This document shows positions 21,099 to 28,695 of a stretch of DNA of 28,695 nucleotides, one piece after another. Each line of letters starts with the position of its first letter. Position 1 is the stretch's first letter. Under the pieces are notes generated by a model. It saw only the letters and a list, made by a program, of their open reading frames with translations, made no database searches and was not told where the DNA came from. The stretch is taken from assembly GCA_963692865.2 (NCBI GenBank), contig CAXXHI010000007.1:1-28695 (forward strand), given 5' to 3'. The position numbers were made by a program, and so were the translations under genes. This DNA comes from a bacterium (GTDB lineage Bacteria > UBA8248).

Positions 21099-21114
21099 TT
21101 AACCGCATGGTTAA
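21099..21114. promoter_or_regulatory. Putative ArsR-type operator
   Basis: Palindrome TTAACC-GCAT-GGTTAA at the head of the minus-strand cluster that contains the ArsR gene. Confidence 0.65.
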
Positions 21115-21181
21115 GTATATAGCTTTCCGATCTTTCGGTCAACACGCCGCCGGGACCGGATTTGCGACCGCCCGCCTTGCC

Positions 21182-21372
21182 GGGATTGTTGAAAAAGCCT
21201 CATCAATCGGGTTTGGTCTGTAGGGGCCGCATATCATGCGGCCCTGCCTTTTCTTTACAATACGGGTCGCATGATATGTGCGGGGCGCTCCCTCCTCGGG
21301 AGCGCCACCTGCAAAAACCACCCTTCCCGGTTATGCTGAACACTCGTTCATCGGGACTCTTTCAACAACCCC
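21182..21372. mobile_element. MITE-like element with IS-like inverted ends enclosing a chimeric REP doublet
   Basis: GGGATTGTTGAAAAAGCC ... GGGACTCTTTCAACAACCCC; internal GTAGGGGCCGCATATCATGCGGCCC at 21220. Confidence 0.75.
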
Positions 21373-21497
21373 GATGAGGGAGGAATCGACCGAGCTGGAA
21401 GGGGGTGTTCCGGCAACCCGCCTTGCCGGGGAGCGGGATATGGGCCATGCTTGCGTGGCGTTCGCCTCGCCGCCCGAGGGTTTGAGCGGGTGAGTCC

Positions 21498-22211
21498 ATG
21501 AAGCAGCTTCTCATGAGGCCCCTGGCCTGGATGGCCGCCGTATTCCTGCTGCCCGCCTGCTGGGGGGCGGCGGTCTCGTTCGCCAGGATTCTCCCGGCCG
21601 CATTTCTCGCGGGCGGCGGTTCGTATCTGCCTGCGCCCGAGGGCTGGGCCTTCACCGCGGGCGTGGCCGCCTACGCCGTCTGGCACAGGCTGAAGCCGCC
21701 CGAGTTTCTCTACGCCTTCGTGCACGAGTTCACGCACATGGCCTTCGCTCTGCTCACGGGGAAGAAGGTGCGCTCGTTCGAGGTGAACCAGGGCAGCGGG
21801 AAGGTCGGTTTGAGCGGCACGAACCCCGTGATCACCTTGGCGCCCTATTTCTTCCCGCTCCCGACGATGGTGGTCCTGCTTCTGGGCGCGCTGCTCGACT
21901 GGGCTTTCGGATACCCGCTGATTTGGCAGGCTGCGGCGTTTCTCTCGGGCCTCACGCTGTGCCTGCACGTGCTCATGACGCTGCGCGCGCTGGGCGCGTC
22001 GCAGCCCGACATCGCGCGCGGCGGGCGGATTTTCTCCTGGGTCTTCATCTTTTTCTTCGGACTCGTCTTCATCGGCGGCGCCGCGCTCGTCTCGGCGGGG
22101 GGGTGGGGAGTGGCGGCCTTGTACGGCTTGTCGATATGGCGCGAAAGCCTGGATGCGTATGCGCTTCTGTTCGACCTGGTGGCGCGAATCGCATGGAGCA
22201 TCGGTTCTTGA
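21498..22211 (+). CDS. Membrane zinc metallopeptidase (M50/M50B-like)
   Basis: HEFTH motif, ITLAPYFFP, multiple TM segments. Confidence 0.8.
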   Translation: MKQLLMRPLAWMAAVFLLPACWGAAVSFARILPAAFLAGGGSYLPAPEGWAFTAGVAAYAVWHRLKPPEFLYAFVHEFTHMAFALLTGKKVRSFEVNQGSGKVGLSGTNPVITLAPYFFPLPTMVVLLLGALLDWAFGYPLIWQAAAFLSGLTLCLHVLMTLRALGASQPDIARGGRIFSWVFIFFFGLVFIGGAALVSAGGWGVAALYGLSIWRESLDAYALLFDLVARIAWSIGS

Positions 22212-22216
22212 ATCGC

Positions 22217-22825
22217 ATGGCGCATGAATTGAGGTTCAGGCTTTGGTGGGCAGCGCTTTTGCTCCTCGGGACGACGGGCTGCGCCTATGAGATATCGACG
22301 ATACAAGGCGTCGCCAGACCGGAGAAGATACGAGCGCTCGAACGCCTCGCCGTCGCTCCTTTTCGCTATCCGAACGATTGGACGGGGCTTTTCCGCGACG
22401 TCTACGCGCAGGCGGGGCTCCGGGCGCCCGATGTGAGGAAAATCGAGATGATAGAGGGCGCCTTCCTGATTCGAGACGCCTTGAGCGCCAAGGGCCATCT
22501 GGTCGTCCGCTGGCCCAAAAGTCTCGAAATAAAGAAGATGGACGATTTGCTAAACGAAGAAGGAGAAATCGCCGAGGCCCATCTTCCGTTGCTCGTGGAT
22601 TCGGGCGCGCAGGCGGTGGTGGTCGCCCGAGGCGGGCGCGCCTGCCCGGACGTCGAGGTGTGCGCCGCGAGGGTGGAGATACGCCTGCTGGACTTGACTT
22701 CCCGGGAAGTGTTGTGGAGGTCGCAAGCCGCCGCGACGACGGCGTTCTCCCAGGGGGACGAGATGAAGGCCGCCGTCGCCGAGGCGCTCGACGCCTTTCC
22801 CGGAAAATCGGCTTCTTCCGAGTGA
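22217..22825 (+). CDS. Putative lipoprotein (CsgG/LpoB/DUF799-like fold)
   Basis: WWAALLLLGTTG-C lipobox; RLAVAPF and VEIRLLDLTSREVLW; start uncertain (22193-22217). Confidence 0.65.
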   Translation: MAHELRFRLWWAALLLLGTTGCAYEISTIQGVARPEKIRALERLAVAPFRYPNDWTGLFRDVYAQAGLRAPDVRKIEMIEGAFLIRDALSAKGHLVVRWPKSLEIKKMDDLLNEEGEIAEAHLPLLVDSGAQAVVVARGGRACPDVEVCAARVEIRLLDLTSREVLWRSQAAATTAFSQGDEMKAAVAEALDAFPGKSASSE

Positions 22826-22855
22826 GGGCGGGAATCTCGCAGTGACGGATATCGG

Positions 22856-23018
22856 GTAGGGGCCGTTCGCGAACGTGGGGCGTTCATAAACGCCCCACCC
22901 GGAGAAACGGGCGCTTCACGAAGCGCCCCTACGCCGTCTCGGCCCGCAGATCATCGTCATTCCGGCTTTTGCCGGAATGACGGCAAACCCTCCCGCATCG
23001 GGCTTTTTCAACGCTCCC
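22856..23018. repeat. Repeat cluster: chimeric GTAG REP doublet, collapsed ATTCC hairpin and IS-like end
   Basis: REP hairpins 22856-22932; CGTCATTCCGGC-TTTT-GCCGGAATGACG 22955-22982; GGGCTTTTTCAACGCTCCC 23000-23018. Confidence 0.85.
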
Positions 23019-23157
23019 GTTTTCCGCTGTTTGGACAACCCCCGTCATGACGTTTTGTCGTCACTGTCCGGCGTCTTGTGACAAAATGGCAACTCGGCCA
23101 ACCAACGCACATTTGTATTTCATTGATATGTAAGGACTTGTTTAGGTTTTTGGGAAA

Positions 23158-23173
23158 TGGCACGGGAATTGCT
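23158..23173 (+). promoter_or_regulatory. Sigma54 (RpoN) -24/-12 promoter
   Basis: TGGCACGGGAATTGCT matches TGGCAC-N5-TTGCW; AT-rich IHF-like segment at about 23116-23140. Confidence 0.85.
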
Positions 23174-23183
23174 GTATATAAGG

Positions 23184-23402
23184 GCAAGCTGGCCGGAGCG
23201 TTCATGAGAAAGATGAACGCAGATGGAACCGTGCGGCGTCCAAACAACATATAATCGCTGATCGGGGCGTTCATAGGCGGCACGCCCCGGTTGGCAGGCG
23301 AGAGGAGTGGCCGATTGGGTCGGCGCTCCTCCGCCACGCAATCATACGTCTCGCGGCTATCCCCTGCGAGAGCCTCCTCCCGGAGACGGGAGGAGGTTTT
23401 TT
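23184..23402 (+). ncRNA. Candidate sigma54-dependent structured small RNA (about 220 nt)
   Basis: Lies between a sigma54 promoter and an intrinsic terminator; four hairpins, three with plus-strand G-U pairs; no long ORF of its own. Confidence 0.6.
23372..23402 (+). terminator. Rho-independent terminator
   Basis: CCTCCTCCCG-GAGA-CGGGAGGAGG then TTTTTT. Confidence 0.9.
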
Positions 23403-23534
23403 ATCGGCCTGATTTCCCTCCGCCCGGTTTTCAAGCGCGCGTCGTTGGGTTATGGTGCGTCCCGTACGAAATCATACGGCGTCCGTTCGATGAGACGCCG
23501 GGAATTCATCCATTCAGCGAGTGAGGAGTCAACA

Positions 23535-24533
23535 ATGGCTACGGACAAGGTGCGCCTCGCCTCTATCGGGCTGGGCTGGTGGGGCGGCGTTCTGGTGGAG
23601 GCGCTGGGCCGCAGCGGCGCGGGCGAGGTGGTGACGGGTTTCGCGCGCAGCGAGGACGCCCGCAAGGCGTTTTCCGAAAAACACGGCTGCCGGACGGCGG
23701 GCAGTCTGGACGAAGTCTGGAACGACCCGGAAGTCGAGGGCGTCATCGTCGCGACGCCCCACTCCACGCACCTCGATATGATCTCCTCGGCCGCGTCGGC
23801 GGGGAAGCACGTGTTCGTCGAAAAGCCGCTCACCCTCACGGTCGATGAGGCCAAAAAGGCGGTCGAGGCAACCTCGAGCGCGAGCGTCACCCTGCAGGTC
23901 GGCCATCACCGCCGCCGCTTCGGCGCGAACCGCAAGATGCGCGAGATGATCGAGGGCGGCGAGCTCGGCATGGTGCACCAGGTGGAGGCGAACCTCTCGC
24001 TCCCCATGGGTTTCGAATCCAGGCCGGGCTGGCGCAACGACCCCGCCGAATGCCCCGCCGGCTCGATGACGGGCCTCGGCGTCCACATGATCGACAACCT
24101 GCAGTACCTCGCCGGCCCCGCGAAGCGGGTGGCCGCGTTCAGCAAGAAGCTGCTCGGCAAGACGAATCTGGACGACGCGACGAGCATCATCATCGAGTAC
24201 GAGAGCGGCCCCCTCGGCCACATCGGCTCCTCTTTCGTCGTCCCCAAGATCTGCGACACGGCGGCCTTCGGCACGAAGATGCGCGCCTACAGCGAAGAAG
24301 AGGGCGGAAAGCTCTACGTGGCCAAGGTGGGCGAGGAGGCCCGCACGGAAGTCGAGGTCGTGGGCGGAGACGCCCTGGCGGATGAGATGGACGAGTTCTG
24401 CAAGTGCATCCGGGGCGAGGCGACTCCCGAGACGGGCGGGCCCGAGGGGCTCGAGGTCGTCGCCGTGCTCGAGGCGGTCGTGCGGAGCGCGGCGACGGGC
24501 GAGGTGGTGGACGTGGCGGCCCTTCGCGGATAG
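23535..24533 (+). CDS. Gfo/Idh/MocA-family oxidoreductase
   Basis: IGLGWWG, VATPHSTH, GKHVFVEKPL, GVHMID; RBS GAGGAG. Confidence 0.95.
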   Translation: MATDKVRLASIGLGWWGGVLVEALGRSGAGEVVTGFARSEDARKAFSEKHGCRTAGSLDEVWNDPEVEGVIVATPHSTHLDMISSAASAGKHVFVEKPLTLTVDEAKKAVEATSSASVTLQVGHHRRRFGANRKMREMIEGGELGMVHQVEANLSLPMGFESRPGWRNDPAECPAGSMTGLGVHMIDNLQYLAGPAKRVAAFSKKLLGKTNLDDATSIIIEYESGPLGHIGSSFVVPKICDTAAFGTKMRAYSEEEGGKLYVAKVGEEARTEVEVVGGDALADEMDEFCKCIRGEATPETGGPEGLEVVAVLEAVVRSAATGEVVDVAALRG

Positions 24534-24560
24534 CTTTTTGGAATTACTCTGGAGGAGACG

Positions 24561-26807
24561 ATGGCTCAGTTGACGCACGTCGGCGCGTCGCCGACGAAAG
24601 AGGACGCCCTGGCCAAGGCGGTCGGCGATACGGTCTACGGCGATGATTTCCACATGCCGGGCGAGATATACGGGAAAGCCGTCCGCGCCACGATGACGCC
24701 GGCGAAGATCAAGAAAATAGACGCAGGCGAGGCGCTCGCCCTGCCGGGCGTGCACTGCGTCCTCACGGCGAAGGACATCCCCGGACTGAACGCGGGCCGC
24801 TACCCCGATTACCCGGTGCTTGCCGAAGACCTCGTGGTCGACATCGGCGACGCGGTCGCGCTCGTGGCCGCCGACACCCGGGACTTGGCCGAAGAGGCGG
24901 CCTCGCTCGTGCGCGTCGTCTACGAGCCGCTGCCGGGCGCTTACGATTTCGCCGGTCTCGAAGAGGGCGAGGTGGTCTGCGACTGGAAGACGGACAAGGG
25001 AGACGTGGAGGCGGGCTTCGCCGAGGCGGACGTGATCGTGGAGAAGACCTATTTCTCCGCCTGTCTGGATCACGCCTTCATCGAGCCCGAAGGCGGCGTC
25101 GCCTGGGTGGACGAGCGCGGGGTGGTGAACATCCGCGTGCCCACGCAGATGATCGAGAACTACCAGAACGTGGCGCGCACGCTGGATCTTCCGCTCAGCC
25201 GCGTGCGGTACGACTGCCCGATGCTGGGCGGCGCGTTCGGCGGCAAGGAGCACCCCCTGCTCGGCGCTTTCATGGCGCTCTTGTCGATCCGGACGGGGCG
25301 CCCCGTGCGCATGGCCTACTCGCGCGAGGAGACCATGAACACCGGCAGCAAGAAGCACCCCTTCCTCATGAAGTACAGGACGGGCGCCACGAAGGACGGA
25401 AAACTCACCGCGATAGAAGTCGACATCGTCGGCGACGCGGGCGGCTACACGGCCAACAGCAAGGGCCTGCTCCTGGGCGCGCTCGTGGTGAGCGGGGGGC
25501 CCTACGAGATCCCCAACGCCCGGGGCCGCGCGCGCGCCGTCAGGACGAACAACCCCTTCACCGAGGCGATGCGCGGCGTGGGCGCGAACCAGGTGTGCTT
25601 CGCCTACGAGGCGCAGATGGACGAGCTCGCCGCGCGGCTGGGGATGGACCCCCTGGAGTTCCGCGAGAAGAACTTCATCGCCAGGGGCGAGACCCTCATG
25701 CAGAACCAGCCCGTGCCCACGCGCGTGATGCTGCCCGAACTGGTCGAGGAGACCAAAAAGCTCATCGGCCGCTCGGCGGGCCGGGTTCCTGAGAAGGATC
25801 ACGGCCCCTGGCGCGCCGGCGTCGGGTACGTCGCGAACATCGGCGGTTACGGGAGGCCGAGGAACGAGGGCGAGGTCTACGTGGGCATCGACGCAGACGG
25901 CAGCGTGAACGTGCGCGCGGGCGCATCGGACGTGGGCGCGGGCCAGACCGAGACGAACCGCCAGATAGCGGCCGAAGCGCTGGGCATTTCCTTGGAGGAC
26001 GTGACGGTCACGATGTCGGATTCCCACGTCACCCCGCTGGTGGGGGTCACTGCTGGGTCGCGCCAGACGATGATCTCGGGCGGCTCGTGCTACCGCGCCT
26101 CGGCGGAGCTGAAAGACAGAATCCTGAAGGGCGCGGCGGAGCTTCTCGAAGCGAACCCGGAAGACTTGGACATCCGCGAGGGGCGCGTCTACGTGAAGGC
26201 CGCCGAGGAGCGCGGGGTCGCCTTCGGGGAAGCCGTGGCCCAGTGCAAAAAGATGGGAATCGACCTCCACACCGTGGGCAAGACGAAGCTCGGCGTCCAC
26301 GAGTACGAGGGCAACGAGCAATACGGCGACGCGGGCGGCTGGATGGACTACGTGTTCGGCATCCACGCCGCCGAGGTCGAGGTGAACGTCGATACGGGCG
26401 AGCTTCGCGTGCTCAACTACTGGTCGGGCCACGACGTGGGCCAGTCCATCAACTTGCAGCACGTGGAAGGCCAGTTCGAGGGCGGCACGATGATGGGCGT
26501 CGGCCACGCCCTGACCGAAGAGGTCCTCACGCAAAAGGGCGCGCTCCTGAACAACGAGTTCCACGGCTACCTCATCCCCACCTCGGTGGACACGCCCGAG
26601 TGGGACAACGTGATCCTGGAATCCGGCGAAGGCCTGGGCCCCTACGGGGCGAAAGGCATCGGCGAGCCGCCCTGCACGGCGGGCGCCGCGGCGGTGGCCT
26701 GCGCGGCGGGCCAGGCGATTGGGGCGCGCATCACGCGCATCCCCATCACGCCGGACCACGTGCTGGAGGTGCTGGGGCGGCTCAAGACGAACGGAAGCCA
26801 AGGCTAG
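24561..26807 (+). CDS. Xanthine dehydrogenase-family molybdopterin-binding (large) subunit
   Basis: HAFIEPE, GGAFGGK, AMRGVG, AGSRQT, GQFEGG, KGIGEPP. Confidence 0.95.
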   Translation: MAQLTHVGASPTKEDALAKAVGDTVYGDDFHMPGEIYGKAVRATMTPAKIKKIDAGEALALPGVHCVLTAKDIPGLNAGRYPDYPVLAEDLVVDIGDAVALVAADTRDLAEEAASLVRVVYEPLPGAYDFAGLEEGEVVCDWKTDKGDVEAGFAEADVIVEKTYFSACLDHAFIEPEGGVAWVDERGVVNIRVPTQMIENYQNVARTLDLPLSRVRYDCPMLGGAFGGKEHPLLGAFMALLSIRTGRPVRMAYSREETMNTGSKKHPFLMKYRTGATKDGKLTAIEVDIVGDAGGYTANSKGLLLGALVVSGGPYEIPNARGRARAVRTNNPFTEAMRGVGANQVCFAYEAQMDELAARLGMDPLEFREKNFIARGETLMQNQPVPTRVMLPELVEETKKLIGRSAGRVPEKDHGPWRAGVGYVANIGGYGRPRNEGEVYVGIDADGSVNVRAGASDVGAGQTETNRQIAAEALGISLEDVTVTMSDSHVTPLVGVTAGSRQTMISGGSCYRASAELKDRILKGAAELLEANPEDLDIREGRVYVKAAEERGVAFGEAVAQCKKMGIDLHTVGKTKLGVHEYEGNEQYGDAGGWMDYVFGIHAAEVEVNVDTGELRVLNYWSGHDVGQSINLQHVEGQFEGGTMMGVGHALTEEVLTQKGALLNNEFHGYLIPTSVDTPEWDNVILESGEGLGPYGAKGIGEPPCTAGAAAVACAAGQAIGARITRIPITPDHVLEVLGRLKTNGSQG

Positions 26808-26838
26808 ACGAGCATATCAGCAGACATTCACTGAACAT

Positions 26839-26870
26839 AAAACGCCCCGCACGCGCTGCGGGGCGTTTTT
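26839..26870 (+). terminator. Rho-independent terminator (possibly bidirectional)
   Basis: AAAACGCCCCGCA-CGCGC-TGCGGGGCGTTTTT. Confidence 0.88.
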
Positions 26871-26902
26871 GCGTCGTCCGTTAAGACGTTAAGAGAAAAA
26901 AA

Positions 26903-27082
26903 CCACTCCCCCCTTGAGGGCTGTTGCCGATTTAGTAGGGACAGGTCGCGACCTGTCCCTACAATTTGAAGGTCTCCATTTTCTTGCTCATAAGCCGTAG
27001 GGACAGGCCCCTGTGCCTGTCCCTATCAAGCGCAACCTCAGAGATAGACATTATACGGGCGGCCACGGGGGGCCGCCCCTAC
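26903..27082. repeat. Cluster of a half CACTCCCCC hairpin and three GTAG REPs
   Basis: Perfect 28-bp palindrome GTAGGGACAGGTCGCGACCTGTCCCTAC (26935-26962); further REPs at 26997-27025 and 27057-27082. Confidence 0.85.
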
Positions 27083-27104
27083 GCCCCCGGTTTCTGTTTT
27101 TAGC

Positions 27105-27242
27105 CGTCATTCCGGCGAAAGCCGGAATCCATTTTTACGCCTTTTGCCTTTCGTCCGGATACCCGTGCATCGGTGGGGAATGAAACGCCGCCGTATGTTC
27201 ACCCGCATCCGCAAATGGATTCCGGCTTTCGCCGGAATGACG
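27105..27242. repeat. CGTCATTCCGGC-type palindromic element
   Basis: Perfect 30-bp inverted repeats CGTCATTCCGGCGAAAGCCGGAATCCATTT. Confidence 0.9.
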
Positions 27243-27441
27243 ATCAAGAACCTTCATCCCGCTTTCCCGCCGCATCACGGAATTCCCATGATTGGAACCT
27301 TACTCCGTCGTAACTCTAGATAGGATGAAATGAAGGAATACGCGCCACGGCTGCCGGATGAGAATGAACGGCAACGCCGCGTGTCCAGCGATACATAAGA
27401 GATTGCGCCGCCTGGATTAAACGATCAGGGAGGGACGCACG

Positions 27442-28605
27442 ATGCACACCACACTGTCGAACGAGGGCCCGGTTCTCCGGGCATGGGCCGTATCGAGACC
27501 GTTCCGGGCGTACGGCGCCGCCGTTCTGGCCGCCTGCGCGGTCGCAATCGGATTGCCGCTGCAGGCGCCCGCCGAGGCGGCGGGGAAGGGTTATCGCCTG
27601 AGCGGCCCCTACACGCAGGAAAATCTCGCCGTCTATCTGATCCACCGCGAGGGCCGAAACGCCGGCTCCGCGCCGCTCACCCTCGCCGAAGCGATGAGGC
27701 GGGACCTCGTCAAGGTCGTCGAAACCGGCAGCGTCGGCCGCCTCATGGTCCGCAATCTTGGCGGTCGTGAGGTCTTCATCCAGTCGGGTGATATCGTCAA
27801 GGGCGGCAAGCAGGACCGCGTCCTGCTCACCAGCCTCATCATCCCCCCGCATTCGGGCTACATCCCCATCGGCGCCTTTTGCGTCGAGGCGGGACGATGG
27901 GCCCCGCGCGGATTGGAGAGCGTGAGCGCATTTTCGGCGTCCGCGTACCGCATGCCTTCCAGGGCGGGCAAGATCGCGATCATGAAAAGCATGCGGCGAG
28001 AGACCGCTCCCGAAGCCGGTCGAAGCGGGAGATTGGGGGAGAGATGGCCCGGATTGAGAATCAGGCCCGGGGCGCGGCGGCGCACAGGCTCGTACTATCA
28101 GGGCGAGGTGTGGCGCTCGGTCGCGATGATGCAGAAGGGGTTGGGCCGGGCGGTGCGGGCGCGCGTCGCCGACGAACGCTCGCTCACGAGCCTCCTGTTG
28201 TCATTGGAGAACAAGCGCCTCGCCTCGGCTCTGGTGGGTTATGAAAAAACCCTGAGCGGCCTGCTGGAAAATCATCCGGATGCCGTGGGCTATGTCTTCG
28301 CCGTAGGCGGCAGGCTCAACAGCGGCGATGAGTTCGCGAGCGTCGGCCTGTTCCGCAAACTGTGGCGGCGGCAGCTCAAGGCGGCGGCGACGGAGGCCAT
28401 CGCCGAAAAAGGGGCGCAGAGGAACGAGCAGCCGACGCTCGCCGAGGTCGCCGCGTTCATCGACTCCGCGCGCGTAGCGAAGCCCGCCGGGAGAGCGATG
28501 CCGGGCGGCATGAGCCAGGAGACGCGCGTGGCGGACGGGTCGTTCTACATGGAAGTCCGTCGGGGGAACGGCCACTGGGTGCACCGCAATTTCGTCGCCC
28601 GCTAG
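27442..28605 (+). CDS. Exported DUF6569 (ARPP-1-like) domain protein
   Basis: Signal-peptide-like N-terminus; ENLAVYLI, GDIVKGGKQDRVL, FCVEAGRW motifs. Confidence 0.7.
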   Translation: MHTTLSNEGPVLRAWAVSRPFRAYGAAVLAACAVAIGLPLQAPAEAAGKGYRLSGPYTQENLAVYLIHREGRNAGSAPLTLAEAMRRDLVKVVETGSVGRLMVRNLGGREVFIQSGDIVKGGKQDRVLLTSLIIPPHSGYIPIGAFCVEAGRWAPRGLESVSAFSASAYRMPSRAGKIAIMKSMRRETAPEAGRSGRLGERWPGLRIRPGARRRTGSYYQGEVWRSVAMMQKGLGRAVRARVADERSLTSLLLSLENKRLASALVGYEKTLSGLLENHPDAVGYVFAVGGRLNSGDEFASVGLFRKLWRRQLKAAATEAIAEKGAQRNEQPTLAEVAAFIDSARVAKPAGRAMPGGMSQETRVADGSFYMEVRRGNGHWVHRNFVAR

Positions 28606-28632
28606 CCCGGAGCATATCGAAACCAAAGCGCC

Positions 28633-28673
28633 AGAGAATCACTCCCCTCTTGATGGGGTTGTTGAAAAAGTCC
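28633..28673 (+). repeat. Half CACTCCCC hairpin fused to an IS-like end; element likely continues past the window
   Basis: AGAGAATCACTCCCC (identical to 19781-19795) followed by GGGGTTGTTGAAAAAGTCC. Confidence 0.75.
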
Positions 28674-28695
28674 TTTCGGATCGAGCCGAACCATT

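Noticed and set aside
21171-21430. 14-bp direct repeat CCCGCCTTGCCGGG as a target-site duplication
   Set aside because: The second copy lies about 45 bp beyond the element end, so it does not abut it as a TSD should
23307-23534. N-terminal extension of the Gfo ORF in the ORF track
   Set aside because: It crosses an intrinsic terminator; the RBS GAGGAG supports the start at 23535
23529-26801. 1090-aa minus-strand ORF
   Set aside because: Antisense shadow of the Gfo and molybdoenzyme genes

Overview
GC-rich bacterial chromosomal segment, with no rRNA, tRNA or CRISPR array. Core genes are groES-groEL (with a CIRCE element), gpsA, a TonB-like protein, a DtxR/MntR-family regulator and a crotonase. 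Accessory genes are a TbpB-like surface lipoprotein, a type II-like restriction-modification pair, a TctCBA transporter coupled to an RNase Z-fold hydrolase, an ArsR/SRPBCC/DinB cluster, a Gfo oxidoreductase, an orphan molybdoenzyme large subunit and a secreted DUF6569/ARPP-1-like protein. The most unusual signals are intergenic. (1) A candidate sigma54-dependent, ~220-nt multi-hairpin RNA with its own terminator and a sequestered 16-aa ORF (23158-23402). (2) A 1.1-kb mosaic array of chimeric GTAG/GCAG REP doublets bounded by IS-like ends (2441-3551), with four repeat classes recurring in clusters across the window. (3) A fold-back RNA-like element after the lipoprotein gene. (4) Two AT-rich islands sharing 10-bp-periodic motifs, one at the break point of a hidden ABC-permease remnant. 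(5) A duplicated dinB leader. All family calls come from motif recognition by eye; no database searches were run.
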